From NCBI GenBank assembly GCA_016781485.1, contig JADDQH010000001.1:2062-66061 (forward strand): a DNA stretch of 64,000 bases, written 5' to 3'. The stretch is from Chloroflexota bacterium (lineage in GTDB: Bacteria; Chloroflexota; Limnocylindria; Limnocylindrales; CSP1-4). Positions 1 through 8,525 of this stretch are shown one piece after another. The position numbers and the translations under genes were made by a program. The stretch's first letter is position 1; every line of letters begins with the position of its first letter. The notes under the pieces are model-generated. The model saw only the letters and a program-made list of their open reading frames with translations. It searched no databases and was not told where the DNA came from.

Positions 1-635
1 GCTTCCGGGCCGAGTCGCCTGACCTGGTGCTCCTCGACCTTGCGATGCCCGGACTCGACGGCGCGGCCGTCTGTCGCGAGATCCGCGCGACGAGTGACAC
101 GCCCATCATCGTCGTGACCGGCGAGGCGGACGCGGATATCACGGCGGAGTTGCTGGACGCCGGCGCCGACGACTACGTGCGGAAGCCGTTCAAGGGGCAG
201 GAGCTGCTGGCTCGCATGCGTGCCGTGATGCGCCGACTCGACCAACGGAGGGTACGGTCGGGCTGGCAGCTCGACAAGGCGCGTCATGAGATCCGCTGGG
301 GCGACCAGCGGCTCGACCTGACCGCCACCGAGTTCCGGATCGCCCGTCGCCTCGTGGAGCGGCTGGGGGAGCTGGTGGAACACGACGAGCTCCTCAGCTA
401 CGCCTGGCCGAACGTCCGGGACCCGGACCAACTGTGGTTGAAGCCGCACCTCGCGCGTCTGCGCGACAAGCTGCGGGCGGTCGGGGCGCCGGTCCCGGTC
501 GCGGTGCGTGGTGTCGGGTATCGCCTCGATGCCGAGGGTGGCGACGAGCCACGACCCGCGGAACTCCCGCCGCAGCCGGGATCCGCGGCGCGACGTAACC
601 CGATCGGAACCGAAGAGACACCCCCGCGCCGCTGA
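1..635 (+). CDS. OmpR/PhoB-family response regulator, 5' end cut by window edge
   Basis: Frame is open from position 3 to TGA 633-635. End of receiver domain (LVLLDLAMPGLDG...DDYVRKPF) followed by winged-helix output (LDLTATEFRIARRL...VRGVGYRL). ORF track starts it at an internal GTG (27). Confidence 0.85.
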   Translation, partial: FRAESPDLVLLDLAMPGLDGAAVCREIRATSDTPIIVVTGEADADITAELLDAGADDYVRKPFKGQELLARMRAVMRRLDQRRVRSGWQLDKARHEIRWGDQRLDLTATEFRIARRLVERLGELVEHDELLSYAWPNVRDPDQLWLKPHLARLRDKLRAVGAPVPVAVRGVGYRLDAEGGDEPRPAELPPQPGSAARRNPIGTEETPPRR

Positions 636-754
636 CCGTACCCGGTCCTCGTCCGTACGCTCGACCAGGAGCGTGATGAGTGCGCGGAGTCGACGTGTGC
701 GTCGGACTCGGTGCACCGGAGGACGCGTGAACGAGGTGCAGAGGGGTACCGGCC

Positions 755-1012
755 ATGACCCTGCTCGACTGGCGGAGCGCGCGCGACCCCTCGGGCCCCG
801 TCACCTGTGCCGCGTGCGGGTGCCGGCTGAGGGAGGCGACGGGCCTTGAAGGGGTCGCGTGGCGCCATTTCCAGCTCGGTCCCGACTCCGACGCCCGGGG
901 CGACCGACCGAAGTGTCTCGAGGACCTCCACGCGCGTGACGGCTACGTGCTGAGCGTGCGTGACCTCGACTCCATCATGCCCGCCCGGAGGGAAGGCTCC
1001 CCGCCCTCCTGA
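755..1012 (+). CDS. hypothetical small Cys-containing protein (85 aa)
   Basis: ATG preceded by AGAGGGG. Strong third-position G/C bias. CAACGC cluster plus a later Cys. No family recognised. Lies between convergent regulator and kinase genes. Confidence 0.4.
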   Translation: MTLLDWRSARDPSGPVTCAACGCRLREATGLEGVAWRHFQLGPDSDARGDRPKCLEDLHARDGYVLSVRDLDSIMPARREGSPPS

Positions 1013-1053
1013 GGCAGCTCCGGCGCACGCCCGGCGCTCGATCGTCCCCTCCG

Positions 1054-2409
1054 CTACGGACCTGTCGATAGCTCCAGGACGAACTGACTTCCGGCGGGGA
1101 CGCGGTCTTCGACCCGCAGGTCGCCCCCCATCGTCCGCGCGAGGCGCCGTGCCGCGAACAGTCCGATGCCGGCGCCGCGCGGGGAGTCGTCGAGGCGCAC
1201 GAACGGCTCGAAGATCCGGTCGCGCCATTGCGCCGGGATCCCGGGTCCCTCGTCCGTCACGGCGAGCGAGACGGTCGTGTCGCTACGCCAGCCGTAGATG
1301 TCGATTCGCCCATCGCGCGGCGCGTATTTCGCTGCGTTCTCGAGCAGGTACGAGAGCAGCCGACCGAGCAGGTGCGCCGAGGCGGTCGCCCGGAGTGGCC
1401 GCTCGGTGAACGTCGCTGCCAGCCGGTGGCGGCGAAGGATCGGTCGGAGCTCCGCGAGCGTCGCGTCGACGACGTCGGCGACGTCGATCGCGTGCAGCTC
1501 CGGCGTCTCGGACGGGAACACCCGCAGGCTGGCGAGGATCGAGTCGACCGTTTGATCCAATCGATCGACCTGCTCGAGCGCCGCCCGCTCCCACTCGGCG
1601 GCCTCCGACCGCTCCGGCGCGTCCCGTGAACCGTTCGTCTCCACGCGCTTCGCGCGGTCACCGAGCAGCTCGAGATACGCACGCACGACCGCGAGGGGTG
1701 TCCGGAGCTCGTGGGTGACGACCGCGACGAGGCTCGCCCGGGCCTCGTCGATCGCACGCAGGCTCTCGACCTGTGCCTCCGCCTCGCGCTGCAGCCGCCC
1801 CTTCTCCACGATGCCCGCCAGAAGCGCCGCGAGCGTCTCGAGGAACCGGACATCCGCGGGCCGGAAGGCGCGCCGGGGCACCGTCTGGACGTTGAGGACG
1901 CCGACGACCTGGTCGTTCCAGACGAGCGGCACCGAGCACATCGACGTGAACCTCGCCTGGTCAACGCCACGGATCCATGCGAACCGCGGATCCTCGTGTA
2001 CGTTCTCGCTGACGACCGGCGTCCGGGTCGCCGCAGCGATCCCGGTCAGTCCAACGCCGAGCGGCAGTCGAGCGACCCCGATCTGGTGCTTGTCGAGCCC
2101 GTTGGTGGCCGCGAGTGTCACGCCGGAACCGTCGCGATCCAGCAGGTAGAGCGAGCAGACATCAGCGGCAGAGGCAGCACGCGCCCTGTCGACGATGGTG
2201 ACCATCAGCTCGTCCCACGTCCGCGTGGAGGTCGCGAGCCTCGCCACCTCCTCGAGGAACGTCAGCTCTTCGAGCGTGCGTCGAGAGGCGGCCGGCAGCG
2301 TCTCAGGGTCGGCGGACGCGGGTCGTCCAAGACCGGAAGTGCGCGTGATCGGCGTCGCTGCGACGCCCTCGTCGACCTCGGGGATCGGGATCGTGGAGGG
2401 CTGACGCAC
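1054..2409 (-). CDS. cytoplasmic GAF-domain sensor histidine kinase
   Basis: GAF-like region (DVCSLYLLDRDGS...VPLVWNDQVVGVLNV), H-box VVTHELRTPL, N/G1/F/G2 boxes (ENAAKYAP, DEGPGIP, FEPF, GAGIGL), no TM segment. Start set at in-frame GTG 2409, 2 nt after the upstream stop. The track start at 2793 would overlap the upstream gene. Confidence 0.8.
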   Translation of the reverse strand: MRQPSTIPIPEVDEGVAATPITRTSGLGRPASADPETLPAASRRTLEELTFLEEVARLATSTRTWDELMVTIVDRARAASAADVCSLYLLDRDGSGVTLAATNGLDKHQIGVARLPLGVGLTGIAAATRTPVVSENVHEDPRFAWIRGVDQARFTSMCSVPLVWNDQVVGVLNVQTVPRRAFRPADVRFLETLAALLAGIVEKGRLQREAEAQVESLRAIDEARASLVAVVTHELRTPLAVVRAYLELLGDRAKRVETNGSRDAPERSEAAEWERAALEQVDRLDQTVDSILASLRVFPSETPELHAIDVADVVDATLAELRPILRRHRLAATFTERPLRATASAHLLGRLLSYLLENAAKYAPRDGRIDIYGWRSDTTVSLAVTDEGPGIPAQWRDRIFEPFVRLDDSPRGAGIGLFAARRLARTMGGDLRVEDRVPAGSQFVLELSTGP

Positions 2410-2411
2410 CC

Positions 2412-3386
2412 TCACTCCTGCCGTCCCTCTCGCAACAGGTTCGTCAGCACGAACAGGAAGTTGGCGGGTCGCTCGGCGAGGCGGCGCATGAAATAGGGAT
2501 ACCACTCGCTCCCGTACGGCACGTAGATGCGCACGGTATACCCCGCCCGCACGAGCCGCTGCTGGAGGTCGCGGCGCACGCCGTAGAGCATCTGGAACTC
2601 GAAGCGGCCCGGGTCGATCCCCTCGCGCTTCGCGAAGTCGACCGCGTGGCGGATCAGCCTCACGTCGTGGGTCGCGAGGGCAGGATATTCGCCCTCTTTG
2701 AGCAGCCGCTCCATGAGCCGCCGATAGCTCTCGTCGACGTCCGCCTTGCTGGGGAAGGCCACCGTCGCAGGCTCGTTGTAGGCGCCCTTGCACAGCCGCA
2801 CCCGGATCCCCTCGGCGATCAGCGCCTCCACGTCTCCCTCGCTCCGGCGCAGGTACGACTGCACGACCACCCCGGTGTTCGGGAAGCTGCGGTGCATCTC
2901 GCGGGCCAGGGCGAGGGTGACGTCGGTCCGCGTGTGGTCCTCCATGTCGATGCGCACGAAGGCGCCCGTGGCGGCGGCACGCGAGAGGACACGGCCGAGG
3001 TTGGCCCGACAGAACGAGGCGTCCACGTCGAGCCCCATCTGGGTGAGCTTCAGGCTGACGTTCCGCTCGAGCCGGTGTTCCGCGAGCGCGTCCAGTGCGG
3101 CGATGTACCGATCCGCCGCCTCCCTTGCCTCGGCCGTGGACTCGACGCTCTCGCCGAGGATGTCGAGCGTCGTGACAAGACCGGCGTCGTGCAGGCGCTC
3201 CAGCGTGACCAGGGCCTCCGGGAGGGTGTCACCCGCCACGAACCGCTGCACGAGTCTCCGCGTGGGGCGATTCGAGATCGCTGCGCGCTCGAGCCAGCGA
3301 CGACGCGAGGCCCACAGGAATCCCGCACGGAGGGCGCGCTGGGGGATCTCGCGAAGCCAGGAAGGGGCAGCGGCCGCGACGGTCAC
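2412..3386 (-). CDS. proline dehydrogenase (monofunctional PutA-type)
   Basis: Last 324 codons of the 744-aa track ORF carry PRODH motifs (VSLKLTQMG, VRIDMED, VVVQSYL, RLCKGAY, EFQMLYG, YVPYGSEWYPYFMRRLAERP). GTG 3386 is in frame. The rest of the track ORF is antisense to hppD. Confidence 0.8.
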   Translation of the reverse strand: MTVAAAAPSWLREIPQRALRAGFLWASRRRWLERAAISNRPTRRLVQRFVAGDTLPEALVTLERLHDAGLVTTLDILGESVESTAEAREAADRYIAALDALAEHRLERNVSLKLTQMGLDVDASFCRANLGRVLSRAAATGAFVRIDMEDHTRTDVTLALAREMHRSFPNTGVVVQSYLRRSEGDVEALIAEGIRVRLCKGAYNEPATVAFPSKADVDESYRRLMERLLKEGEYPALATHDVRLIRHAVDFAKREGIDPGRFEFQMLYGVRRDLQQRLVRAGYTVRIYVPYGSEWYPYFMRRLAERPANFLFVLTNLLREGRQE

Positions 3387-3487
3387 CCGCGGGTCGCTCC
3401 GAGGCACGCCGGTGCCGGTGGCGGCTCCGTGTCCATCCGCATCGCCCGAGGGTAGCAGCCCGAGTCGCGCGGATGCGCCGCGAGCGG

Positions 3488-3505
3488 GTCGACCGCGGGG
3501 TCGAC
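3488..3505. promoter_or_regulatory. perfect 7-4-7 inverted repeat GTCGACC-gcgg-GGTCGAC upstream of hppD; candidate operator overlapping a putative -35
   Basis: Read directly. TACGAT (-10-like) at 3512-3517 and GGGAGG at 3533-3538 follow it, before ATG 3546. Confidence 0.3.
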
Positions 3506-3545
3506 GCGCAGTACGATGACGCCGACGAGCACGGGAGGCCAGACG

Positions 3546-4730
3546 ATGACCGAGACGATCGAACGCCCGCGGACGGGGACAGCCGCGGCGAACCAGGCTG
3601 GCGCGCACGTCAACCCCGACGCCTTCGCGCAGGCGGAGGACTTCCTCCCGCTGAAGGGCATCGACTACGTCGAGTTCTGGGTCGGCAATGCGCGCCAGGC
3701 GGCGAACTACTACCGGGCCCTGTGGGGCTTCACACCGGTCGCCTACGCCGGCCTCGAGACCAAGGTCCGCGACCGCGCCTCGTACGTGATGGTCCAGAAC
3801 GACATCCGGTTCGTGTTCACGGCGCCCCTTACGCCCGAGGGCGAGATCGCGGAACACGTCCGTCTCCACGGTGACGGCGTGCACGACATCGCGTTCCTCG
3901 TCGATGACGTCCGCTCGGCCTGGGAGGAGACGACCAGGCGCGGCGCGCAGAGCTATCTCGAGCCGACCGAGATCGACGGTGGTGAGGACGGCATCTTCAG
4001 GCGCTCTGCGATCCGGACGTACGGCGAGGTGATCCATTCGTTCGTGGATCGGAGCGAGTACGCGGGTGCGTTCGCGCCGGCATACGGCCGGGTGAAGGAT
4101 CCGCCCGCTGCCGCGGAAGGGCTGACGCTCCTGGAGGTCGACCACTGTGTGGGCAATGTCGCGCTCGGCGACATGAACAGGTTCGTCGACTACTACCGCG
4201 ATGTGCTCGGATTCAGCCAGCTCATCCACTACGACGACAAGGTGATCCACACCGATTACTCCGCGCTCATGTCCAAGGTGATGACGAACGGGGACGGGCG
4301 GATCAAGTTCCCCATCAACGAGCCGGCGCAGGGCCGCAGGAAGAGCCAGATCCAGGAGTACCTCGACTGGTATCGCGGCGCAGGCACGCAGCACATCGCG
4401 CTGCGGACGACGGACATCGTGGGGACGGTCAGGCGGCTGCGGGAGCTCGGCATCGAGTTCCTCGGCCTGCCGCACGAGTACTATGCGACGCTCGGCGAGC
4501 GCGTTGGCGATGTCGGCGTCGCCATGGAGACGCTGGAGGAGCTCGGCATCGAGGCTGACCGCGACGAGGAGGGCTACCTCCTCCAGATCTTCACGCGGCC
4601 TGTCCAGGATCGCCCCACGTTCTTCTTCGAGATCATCGAGCGCCACGGCTCACGTGGCTTTGGCGTCGGTAACTTCAAGGCGCTGTTCGAGGCGATCGAG
4701 CGGGAGCAGGCCAGGCGCGGGAACCTCTGA
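3546..4730 (+). CDS. hppD: 4-hydroxyphenylpyruvate dioxygenase
   Basis: Two VOC-type modules and the conserved C-terminal region (FPINEP, GTQHIAL, LLQIFT, FFEIIERHGSRGFGVGNFKALFEAIE). ATG 3546 has GGGAGG 7 nt upstream; the track start ATG 3516 has no SD. Confidence 0.9.
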   Translation: MTETIERPRTGTAAANQAGAHVNPDAFAQAEDFLPLKGIDYVEFWVGNARQAANYYRALWGFTPVAYAGLETKVRDRASYVMVQNDIRFVFTAPLTPEGEIAEHVRLHGDGVHDIAFLVDDVRSAWEETTRRGAQSYLEPTEIDGGEDGIFRRSAIRTYGEVIHSFVDRSEYAGAFAPAYGRVKDPPAAAEGLTLLEVDHCVGNVALGDMNRFVDYYRDVLGFSQLIHYDDKVIHTDYSALMSKVMTNGDGRIKFPINEPAQGRRKSQIQEYLDWYRGAGTQHIALRTTDIVGTVRRLRELGIEFLGLPHEYYATLGERVGDVGVAMETLEELGIEADRDEEGYLLQIFTRPVQDRPTFFFEIIERHGSRGFGVGNFKALFEAIEREQARRGNL

Positions 4731-4794
4731 CCAGGCGCCATCGCCGCGAACGGCCTCGACCCGTGTTCCTATTCCCCGCGACGGCGGCGCCGCG

Positions 4795-5241
4795 ATGATC
4801 AAGCTGCTGGGCGACGTCCTCATCGACCGTCCGCTCGACATGGTGTTCGGGTTCCTGACTCGGATCGAGAACTACCCCAGCTGGCAGCCGGGGATCCGCG
4901 AGGCGCAGCAGCTATCGCCGGGATCTGTGGGGGTCGGGACGGACCTCCGGATCGTCTTCGTCGGCCCTGGCAACCAGCCGATGGAGGCGCGGGCGCGGGT
5001 CACCGAGTACGACCCCGGACGGCGTTTCGCATACGAGACGACATCGGGTCCGGCCAAGATCCGAGGGTTCTACCAGTTCCGTTCGGACGGCCAGCGAACG
5101 CACGCGGACATCCGAACCGAGGTCCAGTTGACCGGAGGGCTCCGGCTCGTCGAAGGCCTCGTGGCGGGGCAGATCGAGGAGGAGTTCCGCGCCTCGCTGC
5201 TGCGGTTGAAGCGCGTACTCGAGGCACACCCCGCGGGCTGA
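4795..5241 (+). CDS. SRPBCC (START/polyketide-cyclase-like) family protein
   Basis: 148-aa ORF from ATG 4795 inside track ORF 4483..5241. Pattern DRPLDMVFGFL...NYPSWQPG is typical of this fold. Confidence 0.7.
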   Translation: MIKLLGDVLIDRPLDMVFGFLTRIENYPSWQPGIREAQQLSPGSVGVGTDLRIVFVGPGNQPMEARARVTEYDPGRRFAYETTSGPAKIRGFYQFRSDGQRTHADIRTEVQLTGGLRLVEGLVAGQIEEEFRASLLRLKRVLEAHPAG

Positions 5242-5311
5242 TCGCCCGACGCGGCCGGCGCACGACTTCCGCCGACGGTGCCCGCGCGGAGCCGCGACGA
5301 GGGAGACGCCT

Positions 5312-5458
5312 TCAGGGCGACGGCGACGAGGCAGCCGGCGTCGCCTCGGAGGGGACGCCCGCGGGGGGACGCGCCGGCTGCGGTGCGAAGACGAGCAGCA
5401 GCAGCACGGCCACAACGACGGCCAGGATCGCCAAGAGGACTGCCCGCCGAGCTGTCAC
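5312..5458 (-). CDS. possible small membrane protein (48 aa)
   Basis: GTG start, basic N-terminus (TARR), one strong hydrophobic helix (AVLLAILAVVVAVLLLLVF), Pro/Ser tail, high GC3. No clear SD. Below the ORF-track size cutoff. Confidence 0.25.
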   Translation of the reverse strand: MTARRAVLLAILAVVVAVLLLLVFAPQPARPPAGVPSEATPAASSPSP

Positions 5459-5483
5459 GAGCAGAATCTAGTCGGGACCCGAA

Positions 5484-5510
5484 CCGCCCGTTCCGCTCAG
5501 GAACGGCGGG
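5484..5510. other. perfect 11-bp stem / 5-nt loop hairpin (CCGCCCGTTCC-gctca-GGAACGGCGGG)
   Basis: Read directly. Lies 14 nt upstream of the FAH-family GTG start and about 240 nt after the SRPBCC stop. No U-tract. Confidence 0.4.
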
Positions 5511-5524
5511 CTAGACTCGGGATC

Positions 5525-6562
5525 GTGAAGATCGCGCACGTCCGCGCGCGGACCGCGCCCGCGGGTGCTCGCTGGCGGCTCGCCGCCGCGCTAGCTGACG
5601 GTCAGTGGCTCGACCTCGAACAGGCCCGGCGACGGCTTGCGACCGAGGACCCCCGGCTCGCCCACGATCACGCGCTCTTCCGGGCCCCCCTGGCGACGCT
5701 CGACGCGCACCTGGCTGCCGGCCTCCGGATCGAGGCGTTGCGTGCGCTGCTCGAGCCCTTCCTCAAGCGACCGGAACGCGCGGGGTCTGCCGGCGAGGGC
5801 GCCAGCCACCTCGTGCTGGAGCAACGTGACCTCCGATTCGGGCCCCCGATCCTTCGCCCGGGAACATTCCGCGACTTCTACGCGTTCGAACAGCACGTGA
5901 AGACGATGTGGCAGCGCCGGAACCAGGAGGTGCCCGAGGCGTGGTATCGCCTCCCCGTCTTCTACTTCAGCAACATCTCGGAGATCCGCGGGCCCGACGA
6001 TCCCGTCTCCGCGCCCAAAGAGTCACGTGAGCTCGACTACGAGCTGGAGGTCGCGGCCCTCGTGGACACGCCCGCGAGAGACCTCGACGCTGACCGCGCT
6101 GACGAGGTCGTCGGGGGGTACTGCGTGCTCAACGACTGGTCCGCGCGGGACCTCCAGCGCGAGGAGACGCAGGTCCGACTCGGCCCGGCCAAGGGCAAGG
6201 ACTTCGCGACGTCGATCGGGCCGTGGCTGGTGACCCCGGACGAGCTGGAGGACGCACGTTCCGGCAAGGGGTACGCGTTGACGATGACCGCGAACGTGAA
6301 CGCGCAGGAGATCAGCCGGGGATCTTGGTCGGACATCGAGTACTCGATCGGGGAGATGTTGGCGAGGGCATCGGCCGACGTCCGGCTGCAACCGGGGGAC
6401 CTCATCGGAACGGGGACGGTCGGGACGGGCTGCCTACTGGAGGTCAAGGACGAGCGGCTCGGGCGGTACCTCCAGCCGGGAGACGAGGTCGTGCTGCGCG
6501 TCGACCGGCTCGGTGAGTTGAGAAATCCGGTGGTCGAGCGCGCCTCCTGGCGGTCGCCGTGA
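5525..6562 (+). CDS. fumarylacetoacetate hydrolase (FAH) family protein
   Basis: FAH-fold motifs (VFYFSN, DYELEVA, GYCVLNDWSARD, GPAKGKDF, GDLIGTGT). Same strand as hppD and hmgA. Confidence 0.8.
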   Translation: MKIAHVRARTAPAGARWRLAAALADGQWLDLEQARRRLATEDPRLAHDHALFRAPLATLDAHLAAGLRIEALRALLEPFLKRPERAGSAGEGASHLVLEQRDLRFGPPILRPGTFRDFYAFEQHVKTMWQRRNQEVPEAWYRLPVFYFSNISEIRGPDDPVSAPKESRELDYELEVAALVDTPARDLDADRADEVVGGYCVLNDWSARDLQREETQVRLGPAKGKDFATSIGPWLVTPDELEDARSGKGYALTMTANVNAQEISRGSWSDIEYSIGEMLARASADVRLQPGDLIGTGTVGTGCLLEVKDERLGRYLQPGDEVVLRVDRLGELRNPVVERASWRSP

Positions 6563-6750
6563 CCACCGCGCGAGGCGGGGACGTGCACGGGGAGATGAGC
6601 CGCGACGACTGGGAAGGCGTTCGCAGGCGATGCCTAGGGCGCGATGGGTCGTTCCTTATCGATAAGCTTCCGCCCGTCCGCTACCGGGTCAGCGTAGAGA
6701 AGATGGGCGCGGGCGATGGCGAATGGATCGAGCTCGCCGGGGAGAGGTGA
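6559..6750 (+). CDS. hypothetical 63-aa protein
   Basis: GTG overlaps the FAH stop (GTGA). Moderate GC3. The C-terminal part (GSFLIDKLPPVRYRVSVEKMG) looks like a beta-sandwich fragment. Locally lower GC. Could be a gene remnant. Confidence 0.3.
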   Translation: MTTARGGDVHGEMSRDDWEGVRRRCLGRDGSFLIDKLPPVRYRVSVEKMGAGDGEWIELAGER

Positions 6751-6848
6751 GTGTCCCGCCCGGCGGTCGGGCCTGATCGAACTCGTCGTCCAGCGCCGGT
6801 AGCACACGACGGCGCACGTCAGGTGACTCGGGCGGAGGCGATCGGCGG

Positions 6849-7274
6849 ATGAGCATCCGGATCAAGCCGGCGTTGCTGGTCGTCTCCGGCGTCCTGTTCG
6901 CCGTCTGGCTCAACACCTACCACCTGGCGATCCCTTCGGTGTTGACCGACAACAGGTGGCGCGCCGTCGAACTCGACGGTCAGTCCCTTCACCCGGATGC
7001 TGGCATCATGCTGTCGCTGCAACGAGGACGGGCCTCCGGCTCGGCGGGATGCAACGAGTTCGCGACCTCGTTCGGAGTCAGCGGCTCGAGCATCGAGTTC
7101 GGCTCCTTCGGTACCACCCTGGCGGCCTGTCGCAGCCCTGTCATGGACCGCGAAACCGCGTTCCTCGCCGCGCTTTCCGACGCACGCACGTGGGCCGTCG
7201 TCAACGACCGGCTGCACCTGGCCGACGGCCACGGCGAGTGGCGCGTCGTCTTCGAGCCAGACGGGCCGCCGTAG
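6849..7274 (+). CDS. META-domain (HslJ-like) membrane-anchored protein
   Basis: N-terminal TM helix followed by the META pattern (WRAVELDG...SGSAGCNEF...FGTTLAAC...ETAFLAAL). Confidence 0.75.
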   Translation: MSIRIKPALLVVSGVLFAVWLNTYHLAIPSVLTDNRWRAVELDGQSLHPDAGIMLSLQRGRASGSAGCNEFATSFGVSGSSIEFGSFGTTLAACRSPVMDRETAFLAALSDARTWAVVNDRLHLADGHGEWRVVFEPDGPP

Positions 7275-7301
7275 ACTTCCGGCCAGGAGGTAGCGCAGCC
7301 G

Positions 7302-8525
7302 ATGTTCTACGTGCGGCGGGGGAACGTCCCGCATAAGCGACACACGCAGCACCGGGCGCCCGACGGGTCGCTCTACGCGGAGGAGCTGTTCGGCGTCGAG
7401 GGCTTCACCGGCCGGTCGTCGCTGCTCTACCACTTGACACCCCCGACCCGCGTCCACCGGATCGAGACGGTCGACGAGCTCAAGCTCCAGGCGGCGGACG
7501 ACACGACCCACAAGCACCGCCTCGTGAAGACCGGCGACATCAAGCCACAGGGCGACATGATCGGCGGCCGCATCCCGCTCTTCTTCAACAGTGATCTCGT
7601 GATGGGCGTCGCTCGCCCATCGGACCCCCTACCGCAGAACGTCTTCTACCGGAACGGCGAAGGCGACGAGATGCTGTTCGTCCACGAGGGAACCGGGGTG
7701 TTCGAGAGCGTCTTCGGGTCGATGCGGTACGGGCCGGGCGACTACCTCGTGATCCCCATCGGCACTACCTGGCGCCTCATCAGCGACGAGGGCTCGGACC
7801 AGCGGATGCTGTGGCTCGAGACGCCCGGCAACCTCGAGCCGCCCAAGCGATACCGCAACGAGTACGGCCAGCTGCTGGAGCACTCGCCGTACAGCCAACG
7901 CGACATCCGGATCCCCGACGAGGTCGAGCCGCGGTCGGACGACGGCGACTTCGAGGTCCACGTGAAGGTGCGCTCCCGCATCACCGCCTACCACCTGCGG
8001 CACCACCCGTTCGACCTCGTCGGCTGGGACGGCTACCTCTACCCCTACATCTTCAACATCGGCGACTTCGAGCCGATCACCGGACGGATCCACCAGCCGC
8101 CGCCGGTCCACCAGACGTTCGCGGGGCGCAACTTCGTCGTGTGCAGCTTCGTGCCGCGCAAGTTCGACTATCACCCGCTTGCGATCCCCGCGCCCTACAA
8201 CCACTCGAACATCAACAGCGACGAGGTCATCTACTACGTCGCGGGCAACTTCATGAGCCGGCGCGGCGTGGACGTCAGTTCGTTCACGCTCCATCCATCC
8301 GGCATCCCCCACGGGCCGCATCCCGGGACGGTCGAGGCGTCGATCGGCAAGGAGGCGACCGAGGAACTGGCGGTGATGGTCGACACGTTCCACCCGCTCA
8401 TGCTCACGCGGCAGGCGGCCAGATTCGAGGATGAGAACTACGCGTACAGCTGGCTGCCACCGAACGATGGCGCCGAGCACGCCCGCGAGCTCAGCGAACG
8501 AGGGCCGGAGGCGTTCCCCGACTGA
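7302..8525 (+). CDS. hmgA: homogentisate 1,2-dioxygenase (short bacterial type)
   Basis: Conserved blocks YHPLAIPAPYNHSNINSDEV and HPSGIPHGPHPG. Cupin-like core. Context with hppD and FAH. Confidence 0.85.
   Translation: MFYVRRGNVPHKRHTQHRAPDGSLYAEELFGVEGFTGRSSLLYHLTPPTRVHRIETVDELKLQAADDTTHKHRLVKTGDIKPQGDMIGGRIPLFFNSDLVMGVARPSDPLPQNVFYRNGEGDEMLFVHEGTGVFESVFGSMRYGPGDYLVIPIGTTWRLISDEGSDQRMLWLETPGNLEPPKRYRNEYGQLLEHSPYSQRDIRIPDEVEPRSDDGDFEVHVKVRSRITAYHLRHHPFDLVGWDGYLYPYIFNIGDFEPITGRIHQPPPVHQTFAGRNFVVCSFVPRKFDYHPLAIPAPYNHSNINSDEVIYYVAGNFMSRRGVDVSSFTLHPSGIPHGPHPGTVEASIGKEATEELAVMVDTFHPLMLTRQAARFEDENYAYSWLPPNDGAEHARELSERGPEAFPD

Noticed and set aside
3516-3545. ATG 3516 as the hppD start (ORF-track start)
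   Set aside because: It has no SD and overlaps the -10-like TACGAT. ATG 3546 has GGGAGG at the ideal distance.
3387-4646. Upstream 420 codons of the 744-aa track ORF that ends as proline dehydrogenase
   Set aside because: This part is antisense to hppD and lacks PRODH similarity. An in-frame GTG at 3386 gives a normal-length PRODH.
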